Shown here piece by piece: positions 25,167 to 35,060 of a DNA stretch of 36,555 nucleotides (its first letter is position 1; every line of letters starts with the position of its first letter). The stretch is from a virus (lineage: Duplodnaviria; Caudoviricetes), in the IMG/VR virus record IMGVR_UViG_3300037722_000921, positions 1 through 36,555 of that record, one strand, 5' to 3'. The notes below the pieces were generated by a model. The model ran no database searches. It saw only the letters and a program-made list of their open reading frames with translations, and had not been told where the DNA came from. A program made the position numbers and the translations under genes.

Positions 25167-26755
25167 TGGCGATCCGCAACCGATACTCCCCGAGCGCCGC
25201 CGTCGTTGCGCAAGCCGCCGCCGTGGCCGGTGCGGGGAAGCGCGGCGAGTACGAAGACGCGCTGGCGCTCCGCATGGCGGAACTGCAACAGCGGCGCGAG
25301 ATGCAGTTGGCGGACCTCGCCGGACGCGAGAGATCCCAAGTTCTCGGCTCGCAGCTTCAAGGCGCTCGGGACGTGCAGCGCGCCCAGATGGGAGCGGTGG
25401 AGAATCAGCAGCGGTTCGGCCAACAGGCGTTGCTCGGCCAGCAGCAAGCCGGGCTGACGTTCGCCCGGGATCAGCTTCAGCAGCAGTCCGAACTCGCACA
25501 GGGCGAGCAGCGATTCGGGCAACAGTCGCTGTTGAACGAGCAGCGGGGCGGGATGGAGGAGGACGCGGCGTGGCAAGAGTTCGTCATGGAGCAGAAGGCG
25601 CAGGGGAAGGACTTCGCGCCTCACCAACAGGCGAACTTGGACAAGCTGGACCTCAACGAGCAGACGATTCGGCAGCGTATCGCATCGCGGGAAATCAGTC
25701 CCAGCGTGGGGATGCAGGCATTGGCGCAGATCGGGCGCGAGCGTCGGGCCGTCCTGCCGACTCAGCACGTCGGGACGCCGGAGGAACGGAAACAGCAGCG
25801 AGAACAGGATATCGACGAGAACGTAGTGGTTCGCCCGGAGGGCATCTACATCACCCAGCCGGACGGGACGCGGGACTTCAAGCCGCACGCGAAGGACGAC
25901 ACGGCGGAGCAGCGAAAGAAGTTCATCGCTCAGGAAACCTTCAAACTCTACAACGAAGCGAGAAAGGACTGGGCCGCTCAGCACGGAGGAACTTCGAACC
26001 CGCCGCCGAAGCCCCGGATGGCGGACTTCTTCGTCGAGGCGATCGAAGTCGCGGACGCGCTGGAGGATCCCGAGGCGTTCATGGCACAGCAAAAAGAAGC
26101 CGCCGAACAGCGGCGGGCCGGGAAACAGAAGCAAGTCGTGAAGGCTTACTCGCACGCCGGCCCGCGCTTCGCTCAAGAGCGACTGGGAATCGTGGTGCCG
26201 CCCGGAGTCGATGAACCCGCCTACATTCGGCAAGAGATGGAGCGGAAGCTGGAGTCCGGCGAACTCGTCATGCACGAAGGCGGGATCGACCTGAACCCGG
26301 AGATGCAGGCGGGCACGGAACCCGGCATGGAACAGCCGATGGAGCCGGACGTTGCGGAGCCTGTCGCGGAACCGCCGGTGGAACCGCCCGCGCCGCCAGT
26401 CGTCAACATGATGCCTCCGAAGGAACGCGAGAAGGTGGTTAAGCATTGGGACAATCACCCGCTCGCGAAAGACGAGCGTGTCGGGGCGTTGATCGCGGCT
26501 CGCAATGAGATGTTGACTCAGCCGCAATCCGATGACACGGAAAGCATCCTGGCCGCACTGGATATCGTCTTGGAGCAATACCGGAAACGCCAGGAGCCGA
26601 AGCCGGGAGACGAACTGGCGTCGATGCGATGGGCCGTCACGCTTCTCCGGAATAACGGCATCGAACCTGCGCCCCGTCCGGAGCCTGTTACGTTGGAAGA
26701 GGCGGAGACCCGATACAAGGTTTCCCCGTCAGGAATGCAAGGCAGAATGTACTGA
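25166..26755 (+). CDS. putative internal virion / ejection protein (~529 aa, Gln-rich coiled coil)
   Basis: TAATG coupling gives start 25166 within track ORF 24068..26755; QQRFGQQ(A/S)LL occurs twice. Confidence 0.6.
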   Translation: MAIRNRYSPSAAVVAQAAAVAGAGKRGEYEDALALRMAELQQRREMQLADLAGRERSQVLGSQLQGARDVQRAQMGAVENQQRFGQQALLGQQQAGLTFARDQLQQQSELAQGEQRFGQQSLLNEQRGGMEEDAAWQEFVMEQKAQGKDFAPHQQANLDKLDLNEQTIRQRIASREISPSVGMQALAQIGRERRAVLPTQHVGTPEERKQQREQDIDENVVVRPEGIYITQPDGTRDFKPHAKDDTAEQRKKFIAQETFKLYNEARKDWAAQHGGTSNPPPKPRMADFFVEAIEVADALEDPEAFMAQQKEAAEQRRAGKQKQVVKAYSHAGPRFAQERLGIVVPPGVDEPAYIRQEMERKLESGELVMHEGGIDLNPEMQAGTEPGMEQPMEPDVAEPVAEPPVEPPAPPVVNMMPPKEREKVVKHWDNHPLAKDERVGALIAARNEMLTQPQSDDTESILAALDIVLEQYRKRQEPKPGDELASMRWAVTLLRNNGIEPAPRPEPVTLEEAETRYKVSPSGMQGRMY

Positions 26756-29700
26756 TGGCTTCCATCGACGACATCATTGCCGCCGTGGACCGTGCGTCCG
26801 AAGCGGAATCCAAAGCGCTTCGACGGTACGAAGGTGAACGGCTCAACCTCGGCGGATACCCGCTCATTGGTGGGTACTCCCCCGAGACCGCGATGCGCGA
26901 GGCACGTTCCGAAACCGCCCGCCGCTCGATGCGCAGCGAACTTCTGAAAGGCGTCCCGGACAATCCGATCGACCGCACGATGGCGATCGTGGATTCGTCG
27001 GAGCCGTCCTATGGCGAGATGACGGAGCGGCAGTTCAATTACTTCCAGCACCTCCAGTCAGTCCCGTCCGCACTGCGTCCGTTCTACAAGGGGTTCGCGC
27101 AGGCCGGCGGCGACGTGATCTCGATGGCGCAACGAGCGACCGGCTCGGACGCGGCCGCCGACGAGACGCTGGGTGATTCCGGAGACATCGAACAGGCGAC
27201 GGCGGCGCTGTACCCCGGCGACGTGGCAAGAGCGTTCGGAACGGCATCGCGAACGCTTCCCGGAAGCATGGCGGCTGGAATGGCCGGGGGCGTTCCGGGT
27301 GCGATCGCCTACGGGGCGGCGACGGCTGGGAACATCGCGATCAGTGAAGGGCGGCGGGCTGGATTGAAAGGCAAGGAGCTTGCCGGTTACGCCGCGATGC
27401 ACGCCGCGCTGGAAGGCGCGGTTGCCGGGATGTTCTCCAAGGTGGGCTTCGGCGGATACGAGAAGATGTTCGGCCAGCCTCTCTCGCGGGGCTTTTACGA
27501 AGGAGCGAAGCAGGCTGGATTCCGAACCTTGGAGGAAATCCCGGAAGAGTTGATTACAGAGTTCGCGCAGGCGGCGACCGACAAGATTTTCGGAGTCGAT
27601 CCGTCCGGGTGGTCCTATGAGCAAGTGTCCGAACTGGCGAAGGACACGACACTCTCGACGATCGCGATGATGGGGATGGCGGAAAGCGCACGCGGTGCAG
27701 CATCCGCCGCCCAGCGGTTCACCGACGACCCCTCCCGCAAGAACTTCAAGGACGCCTTCCCCGGCGAGAAGGTTCCCGCCCAGCGCAAGGAACGCGAAGC
27801 CCGCGCCCGACAACTCGCACAGGAGCAACAGCGTGAAGAATCGGCTCCGGCTCCGAGCGTGGTTCCCGAACCCGAGGCGGTGGTGGTGGAGACGCCCGCA
27901 CCGCCCGCAGAGACGGTGACGCCAGAAGTCGCCCAGGCTCCCGTGGAAGCCCCCAGCGTGCCCGTGGAGCCGCCGCAAGCGGAGACGGTGCCCGAAGCCC
28001 CGCCCGTCGCCGAGACGCCCGTGGAGCGGCCCAGAGAGCCGTGGGAGATGCGGAAGAAGGAGTTCGAAGAAACACGCCTTGGTCAAGTTCTGAATACGGA
28101 ATCGGACGAGTTCCTCGCATTGCCGCCTGAGCAGCAGCAGCGGCTTCTGGAAGATGATAAACGGCGTCGGGTCGTCAATCGGCAGATGGAGGAGTTTTCT
28201 CGCGGACAGTATGCGGAGGCGCAGAGAATCCAAGATGAGTCTCCAGAGGAGGCTATGCGATTGACGAGCGGTGCGGTCAGCAGAGAATCGGCCCACCGAG
28301 CCGCAGTCGAATCCGCCATCCGGGAAGGCAAGATCACCAGCCACCCGGACTACCCGGACCTCGCACCGCCGAAGAAGGCGCACCCGCTGAAGGAGGCGGA
28401 AGGCGAACCCCTCACCCTCAAGCAAGAACCCGCCAAGGGGCGCAAGAAGTTCAAGCCCGAAGGACAGCCCGCCAAGCAAGCGGAGATGTTCGTCGGCACG
28501 AAGGACAAGGTGGGGCAGCAGTCGTTTCCAGGCTACACCGAATCGGGGGAGTACGTCGGGCCCAAGAAGCCCATCGGCGTCTCGCAAGCCGTGTTCGATG
28601 CGGCCGTCGCGAACGAACTGGATCCCCACGAGTTGCAGAAGCTCGCGAAGGAACTCCACAAGGAAGTCTACACCCGCGACGTGGAGACTGCCGAAGGAAA
28701 GCTCCGAGAGTGGCGAGCGAAGCATTCCGGCACGATGCTCAAACAGCGAAAGCGGGGAGTCGATTCGTCACAGGTGAAGGGATGGGACGAATTCGCCTCA
28801 TCCGTCTTGGAGGACCACCCGGACTACGCTCGCGACGCCGACGAGTTGTGGCAGCGACTCATCGACCTGCCGAACGTCGCGAAGGGAATTCACCCGGACG
28901 CGATCCGCAACGCCGTCGAGGAAATGAAGCGTCCGGTCCCGCAAGGCGGCGGCGTGTCCGCGATCGACGACGTTCCGTTCGCCGCCGACACCCTCTACTC
29001 CCGCGAGCCGTCCAAGAAGCGATCGCCGACACGCTCCCCACTGGAAAAGAAGTCCCTCGAAGAATTGCAGGAACTGGCCAAGTCGCTGGGGTTTCCGGAT
29101 CCCTACGCGATCGACGACAAGTTCCAGTTGATCCACAGCATCGAGCGCAAGCAGGCGAAGCTCGCCTCCGAGAAAGCGGCACGTCCCGACGAGAGCGAGT
29201 TCGCGTCCCGTTCAAAAGAGATCATCGCGGCGATGGAGAATGCGCAGTCGGCGGCTCCACGGGGCGCGATCGTCAGCACGCTGCAACTCCGCGAACAACT
29301 TCCGGACATGCCCAAGGAGCAGTTCGACGAGACGCTGCTGGAGATGGGGCGGCGGGGAATCGTCGGCTTGCACACCCATGACTTTCCGGCGAATGCGGCG
29401 CGCACCGAGAAGAAATCGTTCGCCACGTTCGTCAAGGATCCGAAGAAGTTCAAGCACGCCTTGGGGACGATGGAGGACCGCTACTACAACGCGGTGTCGA
29501 TTCGTAGCGAGGAAGGCGGCACGCAATTCTCCCGGGGGACGGGTGGTGCGCCGGTTGCCGACCCGCAACCCGGACAGGCACCATCGCCACACGATATTCG
29601 CGCCACGATGGCGCGGGACGCCGACGTGCCGATCATGCGCGGACGGCTGCGTGGGAGAGACAAGGATATCGCCGGTGAGTATTGGACTCACGAGGAGATG

Positions 29701-32700
29701 GTGCGGATTCACGGTGAGCACTGGGGAAGCATCGGCCACGACACGCACGAAGTCGCTCACCACTTGGACAAGACTGACCGAATCGTCCGCGAGGCGCAAC
29801 AATCGAATCCTTCCGCCGCCGCAGAACTTCCGTTCCTGGACTACGACCCTCAACGCTCCGACCCCCGAGAAGGGTTCGCGGAGTTTCTTCGTCTGTACCT
29901 CACGACCGACACGTCCGCCGCCCGTGCCCCGCACTTCTACGCATGGTTCACGAACGACTGGCTCGCCAAGTACCCGAAGCGCAAAGAGGCGATCGAGCGG
30001 TGGAAGTCGCTGATTACCGACTACCGTACCGCGAATCCGATCGAACGGCTTGACTGGTGGAAGGCCGGACGACGTGCGGCTCCGCTCGGTGATAAACTCG
30101 CCGACCTGACGAACCATCTGCGCGGAATCCGCGACGGACTCGGCGAACAGGTTCGGCGCGGGTACATCGCCAAGAAGGCGGCCGGGCCGGAGTTCGCGGA
30201 CAAGTACAACGCCCGGCAGGGTACGGCGAGAAACCGGGCGGACCACGCCGTTGACGGGCATGGTATCTGGACTTCCTACGATTACTCGTCGAAGCCGAAG
30301 CAGTTGGCGAAAAGCCTCAAGGAGTACCTGACGCCGGTTGCTGAAAACATCGACTTGTGGGAGGCGTATTACGACGCGCGGGCATCGAAGGAACTGCACG
30401 GCATCGGGCACAATCCGGGAATGCTGGAATCCGACGCCGACGCGATCATCGCGCAGGTGGCCGCCGACCCCAAGCAGCAGAAGGCGTTCGACAATGCGAT
30501 CGACGGTGTTCACCACTGGGCGAACATGCTCGTCGAACTGCTGGCAAGTCCGGGCGTCGAATACTACTCGCGCGCGCGTTCCGACAAGATTCAGGGTTCC
30601 CGCAACGTCTACATGCCCCGCCTCCGCACTCGCGAGATTGGGTTGATCGGACGCGCCCGGCAGGTCGTGTCGAACAAGACTGCGGCGCAGGGACTCTTGG
30701 GAGCTCGAAGCCCGATCCGTCGATTGAGCAACGGGGGAAGTTACGACTCCTACATGCGCCCCGTCGAGGCGTTGATCCAGCGATCCCGAGACGTGTACGA
30801 CACGGCGGAGCGGTACTTTCTGGAAGGCGCGTTCCTGAACGCCGCCGAAGCGCAAGGCGGACTCGGAAAGGTGGTCGTCGAAGTCCCGCCCGAGAATGTC
30901 ATGGGTCGGGTGAAGCTCGAAGCGCTGCTGGACTCCCTCACGGAAGAACGCGACGTGGGAGGCGTGAAGCGGCACGCGGTTCTGCACAAGGACGACGCCA
31001 CGCTCATCAAGCAGGTGTCCCGTCTCCGTGAAGGGCGAGCCAAGAAACCCACGATCAACGAACTGGCGAAGCGGTACGGCTTGAATCCGAATTCTCCGGA
31101 CATCGTGAAAGACTTGACGGCCGCAACCGAAGCCGTCCCCGACATGGCGGATACGATCCGGTTCTGGCGGCAGGATTTCGGAGCCAAGCCGAACGAACAC
31201 ATCACCGCCAGAATCCAGCCGGACGGCAGCCTGAAGCTGTATCAGTACCCGGACGCGGCGGTGTGGAACTCGATGCGGTCGAGCCAGAGTGCCGTCGAGC
31301 AGTGGATCGCGGCGACGCTGTGGGCGAACCTCCTGACGGCTCCGATCCGTGGAGCGACCAAACTCGTGAAGGCCGGGGCGGTGGGACTGTCGCCAGCATT
31401 CGGGTTCGCGCAATTCATCTCGACGGATTTCGTCGGGCATCTTCTCCAGTCCAAGCACGAAGGGTTCGTGGAGCGGTTCTACTCGGGGATCGTCTGGCTG
31501 TCCAAGTTGGCCGTGAACGGCATTCAGACTACCAGAGGAAAGAAGGGCGACCCGTTCATCGAATTGATCGACTCCGAAACGGGGCGCATCGCATCGGCGA
31601 GCGGTCCCATCGGGGGGCGGTCGCCGACGGCCATGCGGCGAATGATTACGGCCCGCACCGCCGCGCAGCGTGCGGGTGCGCTGGCGATGACTCCGGTCAC
31701 GACGATCTCGGAAGCGAACAGCATCTTCGACATGTCGCACCGGATGGGGGACGCTTACGCAGCGATGCGAGACCACGGATACGTCGTCAAGAACGGAAAA
31801 TTCTGGAACACGAAAACCAACCAGGCGGTTGATTCTCCAAGCCAGACGGCCACCGACGCGGCCATCAACGCCTACAACGACGTGACGGTGAAGTTCCGCC
31901 AGTACGGGCCGGCCACGCACTTCCTCGGCCAGTACATCCCGTTCTTCGGAGCCGCCGTCGTCAGTGTCGAACGGACGCTGCGCGGGACGGCGGAACTCGT
32001 CCCCACGCCAGCCAACATGAAAAGGGGGCGGTATTGGGAACGGGCCGGCGCGTTCGTGACGCTGGCCTCCCTGTCCGCCTTGTACTGGCTGTTCCGCCAC
32101 GACGACGACGATTACCAAGGGCAGGAGGATGGCATCAAGAATCGGTACTGGACGTTCACGGCCGACGACGGGACGCCGATCGCTCATGTCCCTAAACCGA
32201 TGGGATACTTGTGGGTTTCGGCACTGATCGAGTCCGGACTGGACCTCATCGTCGATGGGCGGAACACGTTTCCCGGCGCGGCCGCGATCGTGGCCGAGTC
32301 CATGGTGCCTCCGATGCCGACTCGCATGGCTGGCGTTGGACCCATCGTGGACGTGTGGCGGGACAAGACGTGGTACGGTGGGCCGATCGAACCGCTCGCG
32401 ACGCAACGGCTGTCGAAGGGGTTGCGTGCCGACCCGAAGAACCTCGAAACGTCGAAGGTGCTCGGGGCGCATCTCGGGAGACTCGGCCTCAGTCCGGCGC
32501 AGACGGAATACTTGTTGAACCAGTGGACAGGCGGAGCGTACACGTCCGTCGTCGGCACGATCGAAGGAGCCGCACAGCGACAACTTCCCGGAGAAGCGGT
32601 TCCGGGCCTGCGTCGGTTCGTGGTCCGAAGCGACTACCAGAGGCAGATCCGAGACTTTTACGACCGGCAGCGTGAACTCTCCCAAAGCGTCGCCGATGCG

Positions 32701-33207
32701 AAGTTCCTCGAAAGTCCGGACGCGGCACAGGAATCTCGACTGCGCCAGTTCAATCGCAAGGCTCGCGTCCTTTCCAGCGTGTTCAAGGCGATGCGAGCCG
32801 CAGACAACCCCGACGATCGGCGCACGATCGAGCGTCACGCCGTCGGCCTTGCGGCGTTCGCGCTCGGTGAGACGGAGCGAGACCTGTACCCGAACCCGCT
32901 GTCCAAGTCCGCCACGCTTCCGCCGTCGATGGAAAAGATTCGCACAGACTATCTCCGCAACGCCGCCGAATTTCTCTCCGAAGACAAGGCCCGCAACAAA
33001 ATGGAAACGAAAGAGGAGTTCGAGGCCCGCGAGAAGGCGCACCGTGCCGAACAGAACTGGGTCGTTCACGAACTCGTCCGGCTTGGGTACGACATGGAGG
33101 AAATGGTCACGGAGTACAAGTCACTCGCGGAGGCTCGCAAGCAGAAGGCCACTCCACAGTCTCAGGGGGACATTCGCCGGGCGTTCGGGCGTGCTGGCGG
33201 TGGATGA
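26755..33207 (+). CDS. large polyvalent / DNA-ejection protein (2150 aa) with zincin-like motif and LPD38-like C-terminus
   Basis: HEVAH at 29746-29760 with downstream EGFAEF; YIPFF, RYW..VPKP, TWYGGPIEP, LSPAQTEYLLNQWTGG resemble LPD38; Gly/Ala-rich N-terminal segment. Confidence 0.75.
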   Translation: MASIDDIIAAVDRASEAESKALRRYEGERLNLGGYPLIGGYSPETAMREARSETARRSMRSELLKGVPDNPIDRTMAIVDSSEPSYGEMTERQFNYFQHLQSVPSALRPFYKGFAQAGGDVISMAQRATGSDAAADETLGDSGDIEQATAALYPGDVARAFGTASRTLPGSMAAGMAGGVPGAIAYGAATAGNIAISEGRRAGLKGKELAGYAAMHAALEGAVAGMFSKVGFGGYEKMFGQPLSRGFYEGAKQAGFRTLEEIPEELITEFAQAATDKIFGVDPSGWSYEQVSELAKDTTLSTIAMMGMAESARGAASAAQRFTDDPSRKNFKDAFPGEKVPAQRKEREARARQLAQEQQREESAPAPSVVPEPEAVVVETPAPPAETVTPEVAQAPVEAPSVPVEPPQAETVPEAPPVAETPVERPREPWEMRKKEFEETRLGQVLNTESDEFLALPPEQQQRLLEDDKRRRVVNRQMEEFSRGQYAEAQRIQDESPEEAMRLTSGAVSRESAHRAAVESAIREGKITSHPDYPDLAPPKKAHPLKEAEGEPLTLKQEPAKGRKKFKPEGQPAKQAEMFVGTKDKVGQQSFPGYTESGEYVGPKKPIGVSQAVFDAAVANELDPHELQKLAKELHKEVYTRDVETAEGKLREWRAKHSGTMLKQRKRGVDSSQVKGWDEFASSVLEDHPDYARDADELWQRLIDLPNVAKGIHPDAIRNAVEEMKRPVPQGGGVSAIDDVPFAADTLYSREPSKKRSPTRSPLEKKSLEELQELAKSLGFPDPYAIDDKFQLIHSIERKQAKLASEKAARPDESEFASRSKEIIAAMENAQSAAPRGAIVSTLQLREQLPDMPKEQFDETLLEMGRRGIVGLHTHDFPANAARTEKKSFATFVKDPKKFKHALGTMEDRYYNAVSIRSEEGGTQFSRGTGGAPVADPQPGQAPSPHDIRATMARDADVPIMRGRLRGRDKDIAGEYWTHEEMVRIHGEHWGSIGHDTHEVAHHLDKTDRIVREAQQSNPSAAAELPFLDYDPQRSDPREGFAEFLRLYLTTDTSAARAPHFYAWFTNDWLAKYPKRKEAIERWKSLITDYRTANPIERLDWWKAGRRAAPLGDKLADLTNHLRGIRDGLGEQVRRGYIAKKAAGPEFADKYNARQGTARNRADHAVDGHGIWTSYDYSSKPKQLAKSLKEYLTPVAENIDLWEAYYDARASKELHGIGHNPGMLESDADAIIAQVAADPKQQKAFDNAIDGVHHWANMLVELLASPGVEYYSRARSDKIQGSRNVYMPRLRTREIGLIGRARQVVSNKTAAQGLLGARSPIRRLSNGGSYDSYMRPVEALIQRSRDVYDTAERYFLEGAFLNAAEAQGGLGKVVVEVPPENVMGRVKLEALLDSLTEERDVGGVKRHAVLHKDDATLIKQVSRLREGRAKKPTINELAKRYGLNPNSPDIVKDLTAATEAVPDMADTIRFWRQDFGAKPNEHITARIQPDGSLKLYQYPDAAVWNSMRSSQSAVEQWIAATLWANLLTAPIRGATKLVKAGAVGLSPAFGFAQFISTDFVGHLLQSKHEGFVERFYSGIVWLSKLAVNGIQTTRGKKGDPFIELIDSETGRIASASGPIGGRSPTAMRRMITARTAAQRAGALAMTPVTTISEANSIFDMSHRMGDAYAAMRDHGYVVKNGKFWNTKTNQAVDSPSQTATDAAINAYNDVTVKFRQYGPATHFLGQYIPFFGAAVVSVERTLRGTAELVPTPANMKRGRYWERAGAFVTLASLSALYWLFRHDDDDYQGQEDGIKNRYWTFTADDGTPIAHVPKPMGYLWVSALIESGLDLIVDGRNTFPGAAAIVAESMVPPMPTRMAGVGPIVDVWRDKTWYGGPIEPLATQRLSKGLRADPKNLETSKVLGAHLGRLGLSPAQTEYLLNQWTGGAYTSVVGTIEGAAQRQLPGEAVPGLRRFVVRSDYQRQIRDFYDRQRELSQSVADAKFLESPDAAQESRLRQFNRKARVLSSVFKAMRAADNPDDRRTIERHAVGLAAFALGETERDLYPNPLSKSATLPPSMEKIRTDYLRNAAEFLSEDKARNKMETKEEFEAREKAHRAEQNWVVHELVRLGYDMEEMVTEYKSLAEARKQKATPQSQGDIRRAFGRAGGG

Positions 33208-33543
33208 TCAGCGCCGACCAAACAGCCCCACGACCCATGCCGATGCGGTGGCTACAAGATACGCCAACCCCAGAAGCACTGCGAAGGCTGTCCCGGACGC
33301 AAACCCAAGAGCGGAAGCTGCCAAGCAGAACGCGATGATCCACGTCGCAACTACTGCGAAAATTCCGTCGGCCCCCGCTGCGTGGTGGTTCGCGATGCCG
33401 ATGGCGGTCCAGAAGATGAACACGCCAAAAGCGACCGACGCCGCCCCGCCGAACAGCCCGAGAATGGAAACGCGATTCGATCGCACTGGCACCGGAGCGG
33501 ACAGAGGCCCGTCGTCCCAATCGTCGTCGTCCAGTTCGTCCAT
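33208..33543 (-). CDS. small membrane protein (111 aa, about 3 TM)
   Basis: Acidic N-terminus then long hydrophobic segments; abuts the stop of the large gene convergently. Confidence 0.6.
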   Translation of the reverse strand: MDELDDDDWDDGPLSAPVPVRSNRVSILGLFGGAASVAFGVFIFWTAIGIANHHAAGADGIFAVVATWIIAFCLAASALGFASGTAFAVLLGLAYLVATASAWVVGLFGRR

Positions 33544-33613
33544 GCCCCCACTTCACCGCCCCCCGCCCGGAAAGTCAACCGTCCGCAGAGGAATCGGATT
33601 CACGGCCGCGATG

Positions 33614-33622
33614 TGGTACAAT
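33614..33622 (+). promoter_or_regulatory. putative extended -10 element
   Basis: TGgTACAATccg, nearly the same as TGgTAGAATccg at 1245. Confidence 0.45.
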
Positions 33623-33672
33623 CCGCACCTGACGACCGGGGATGCCGGATCATCGAGGAACTGGAGGGGACG

Positions 33673-33921
33673 ATGAGCGAGGAAATCCTGAAACTGAAGC
33701 TGTCCGAACTGGAGACCGTGCGGGTCGTTGAAAGCAACGGCGTCGTCACGGAAGTGCCGATCTCGCAGTTGTCGGTGTTCGCTTCCGAGGCATGGGCACG
33801 GAGGCAGTTGACGAAGGTGGCGTCCGACAGACTGATCGCGCTGCACGAAGCGATTCAGGCTTTTTCAGGCGAGCCGCAGGAAGTCGGCATCGAACTGTCG
33901 CTGACCATTCGGAAGTCCTAA
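33673..33921 (+). CDS. hypothetical protein (82 aa)
   Basis: GGAGGGG RBS, ATG 33673. Confidence 0.7.
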   Translation: MSEEILKLKLSELETVRVVESNGVVTEVPISQLSVFASEAWARRQLTKVASDRLIALHEAIQAFSGEPQEVGIELSLTIRKS

Positions 33922-34118
33922 TCCTCCGGACACGGAATCGCCTGGGCGGCCGAACCGGCGATCCGGACGACCCGGGGAGTCCGGGGGCCGCGCGGCTCTT
34001 GTCCCCGCAGCCATTCCTTCGGCGTCCGCTCGGCTAGAATCTTCGCGCATTCGGCGTCGATCTCCTCGCGGGAGGGTTCGTAGGCTTTCTGCCGTCGGGG
34101 CTTGCGTCGCTTCTTCAG
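33918..34118 (-). CDS. basic hypothetical protein (~66 aa), possible CTG start
   Basis: CTGA overlap with upstream stop, GGAG 8 nt upstream; KKRRKPRR..PSREEIDAECAKI. Confidence 0.45.
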   Translation of the reverse strand: MKKRRKPRRQKAYEPSREEIDAECAKILAERTPKEWLRGQEPRGPRTPRVVRIAGSAAQAIPCPED

Positions 34119-34252
34119 CGTACATTCTCCGCCTGCCAGTCCGAAACGAGTCCGACGAGTTGCTTCTTCTGCCCCGTCGTCAGTTCTCCGAACTCTCCGT
34201 CGTGCAGCATGTCGGCGAACTTCAATAGGGATTCCGAGTGCCTGTCGATCAT
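34115..34252 (-). CDS. small hypothetical protein (45 aa)
   Basis: Hand translation MIDRHSESLLKFADMLHDGEFGELTTGQKKQLVGLVSDWQAENVR; weak RBS. Confidence 0.45.
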   Translation of the reverse strand: MIDRHSESLLKFADMLHDGEFGELTTGQKKQLVGLVSDWQAENVR

Positions 34253-34333
34253 CACGAGTCGTTCTTACCATTCGACGTAGACGGGATACCATTGGCCGGA
34301 TGCTGTTCCGATTCGCGAGAGGCGGGGCAATGC

Positions 34334-34399
34334 TCAATCCTCCAACTCCCACAGAGCCTCGATCACCAGCCACACGGCGTCGCGGAGAATGCGGATCAT
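34334..34399 (-). CDS. possible 21-aa peptide
   Basis: AGGAG RBS; MIRILRDAVWLVIEALWELED. Confidence 0.3.
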   Translation of the reverse strand: MIRILRDAVWLVIEALWELED

Positions 34400-34419
34400 C
34401 GGCGCACCACTCCTACCTG

Positions 34420-34905
34420 CCGGGTCACTTACCCGGACTGGCCTGTCTTTCCCTTTGGCTGGGACTGACAGCATGATTCTTCGCAGTTCGCTCGCTTGCT
34501 ACTTACCGAACGCTTCGTCTTGCACGAAACGGGCCTCCACAATCCAACAGGCTCTTGTGACCCACCGAGTCGTAGTAGGTTGACGTTGCTCGGATTTTCG
34601 GGTGCCTGTCGTCTGGAAATACGGGTTGTGAATCCGCGTAGCCGGTCGCGGTCCGCTGGCATTCAACAGACGGTCCGCGCTGTCCACCGCAGCGTTGTTC
34701 TGGCTGCGGTTCGGTCCTATGCCCGTCCGACGCGGGAAACCAGTAAACCGCCGCGAGCCAGCATTCCGGAGAATGCCCTTGCGGCTAGGCTGGTTTTTCC
34801 GTAGGATGAACATGGATTTGGCAATCGAGTTGCAGGACGGGACGCTAGCCAACCGCATCCGTCCTCGGTCTCAGGAACCCCGGCACTTCGGTGTCGGGGT
34901 TTTTT
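34420..34905. ncRNA. candidate structured non-coding region
   Basis: No convincing ORF; multiple hairpins; ends in a + strand terminator. Confidence 0.35.
34876..34905 (+). terminator. intrinsic terminator (+ strand)
   Basis: AACCCCGGCAC-TTCG-GTGTCGGGGTT followed by T run. Confidence 0.75.
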
Positions 34906-34915
34906 CGTTGCTACT

Positions 34916-35056
34916 TCATACCGTCCTCCGCTGTTCCTCGAACCACTTTTCGACAACCCGCCGAACCTCGCCGTCGCCCCACGCAACCAACGGGAACAGT
35001 TTCAGCATCTCGGCGTGGTAGGCGAGATAAAGGCGGAGGCATTCGGCGTTGGACAT
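34916..35056 (-). CDS. small hypothetical protein (46 aa)
   Basis: Hand translation MSNAECLRLYLAYHAEMLKLFPLVAWGDGEVRRVVEKWFEEQRRTV; starts 4 nt after upstream stop. Confidence 0.55.
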   Translation of the reverse strand: MSNAECLRLYLAYHAEMLKLFPLVAWGDGEVRRVVEKWFEEQRRTV

Positions 35057-35060
35057 GGCG

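Noticed and set aside
4525-33069. Long minus-strand ORFs (e.g. 4525..6756, 10297..12051, 12635..14314, 19175..20908, 29212..33069)
   Set aside because: Antisense shadows of real GC-rich genes; Arg/Val/His-rich with no motifs or RBS
4350-33207. Stop-codon reassignment or programmed frameshift in structural genes
   Set aside because: Genes tile densely in the standard code using all three stops; no convincing slippery site seen
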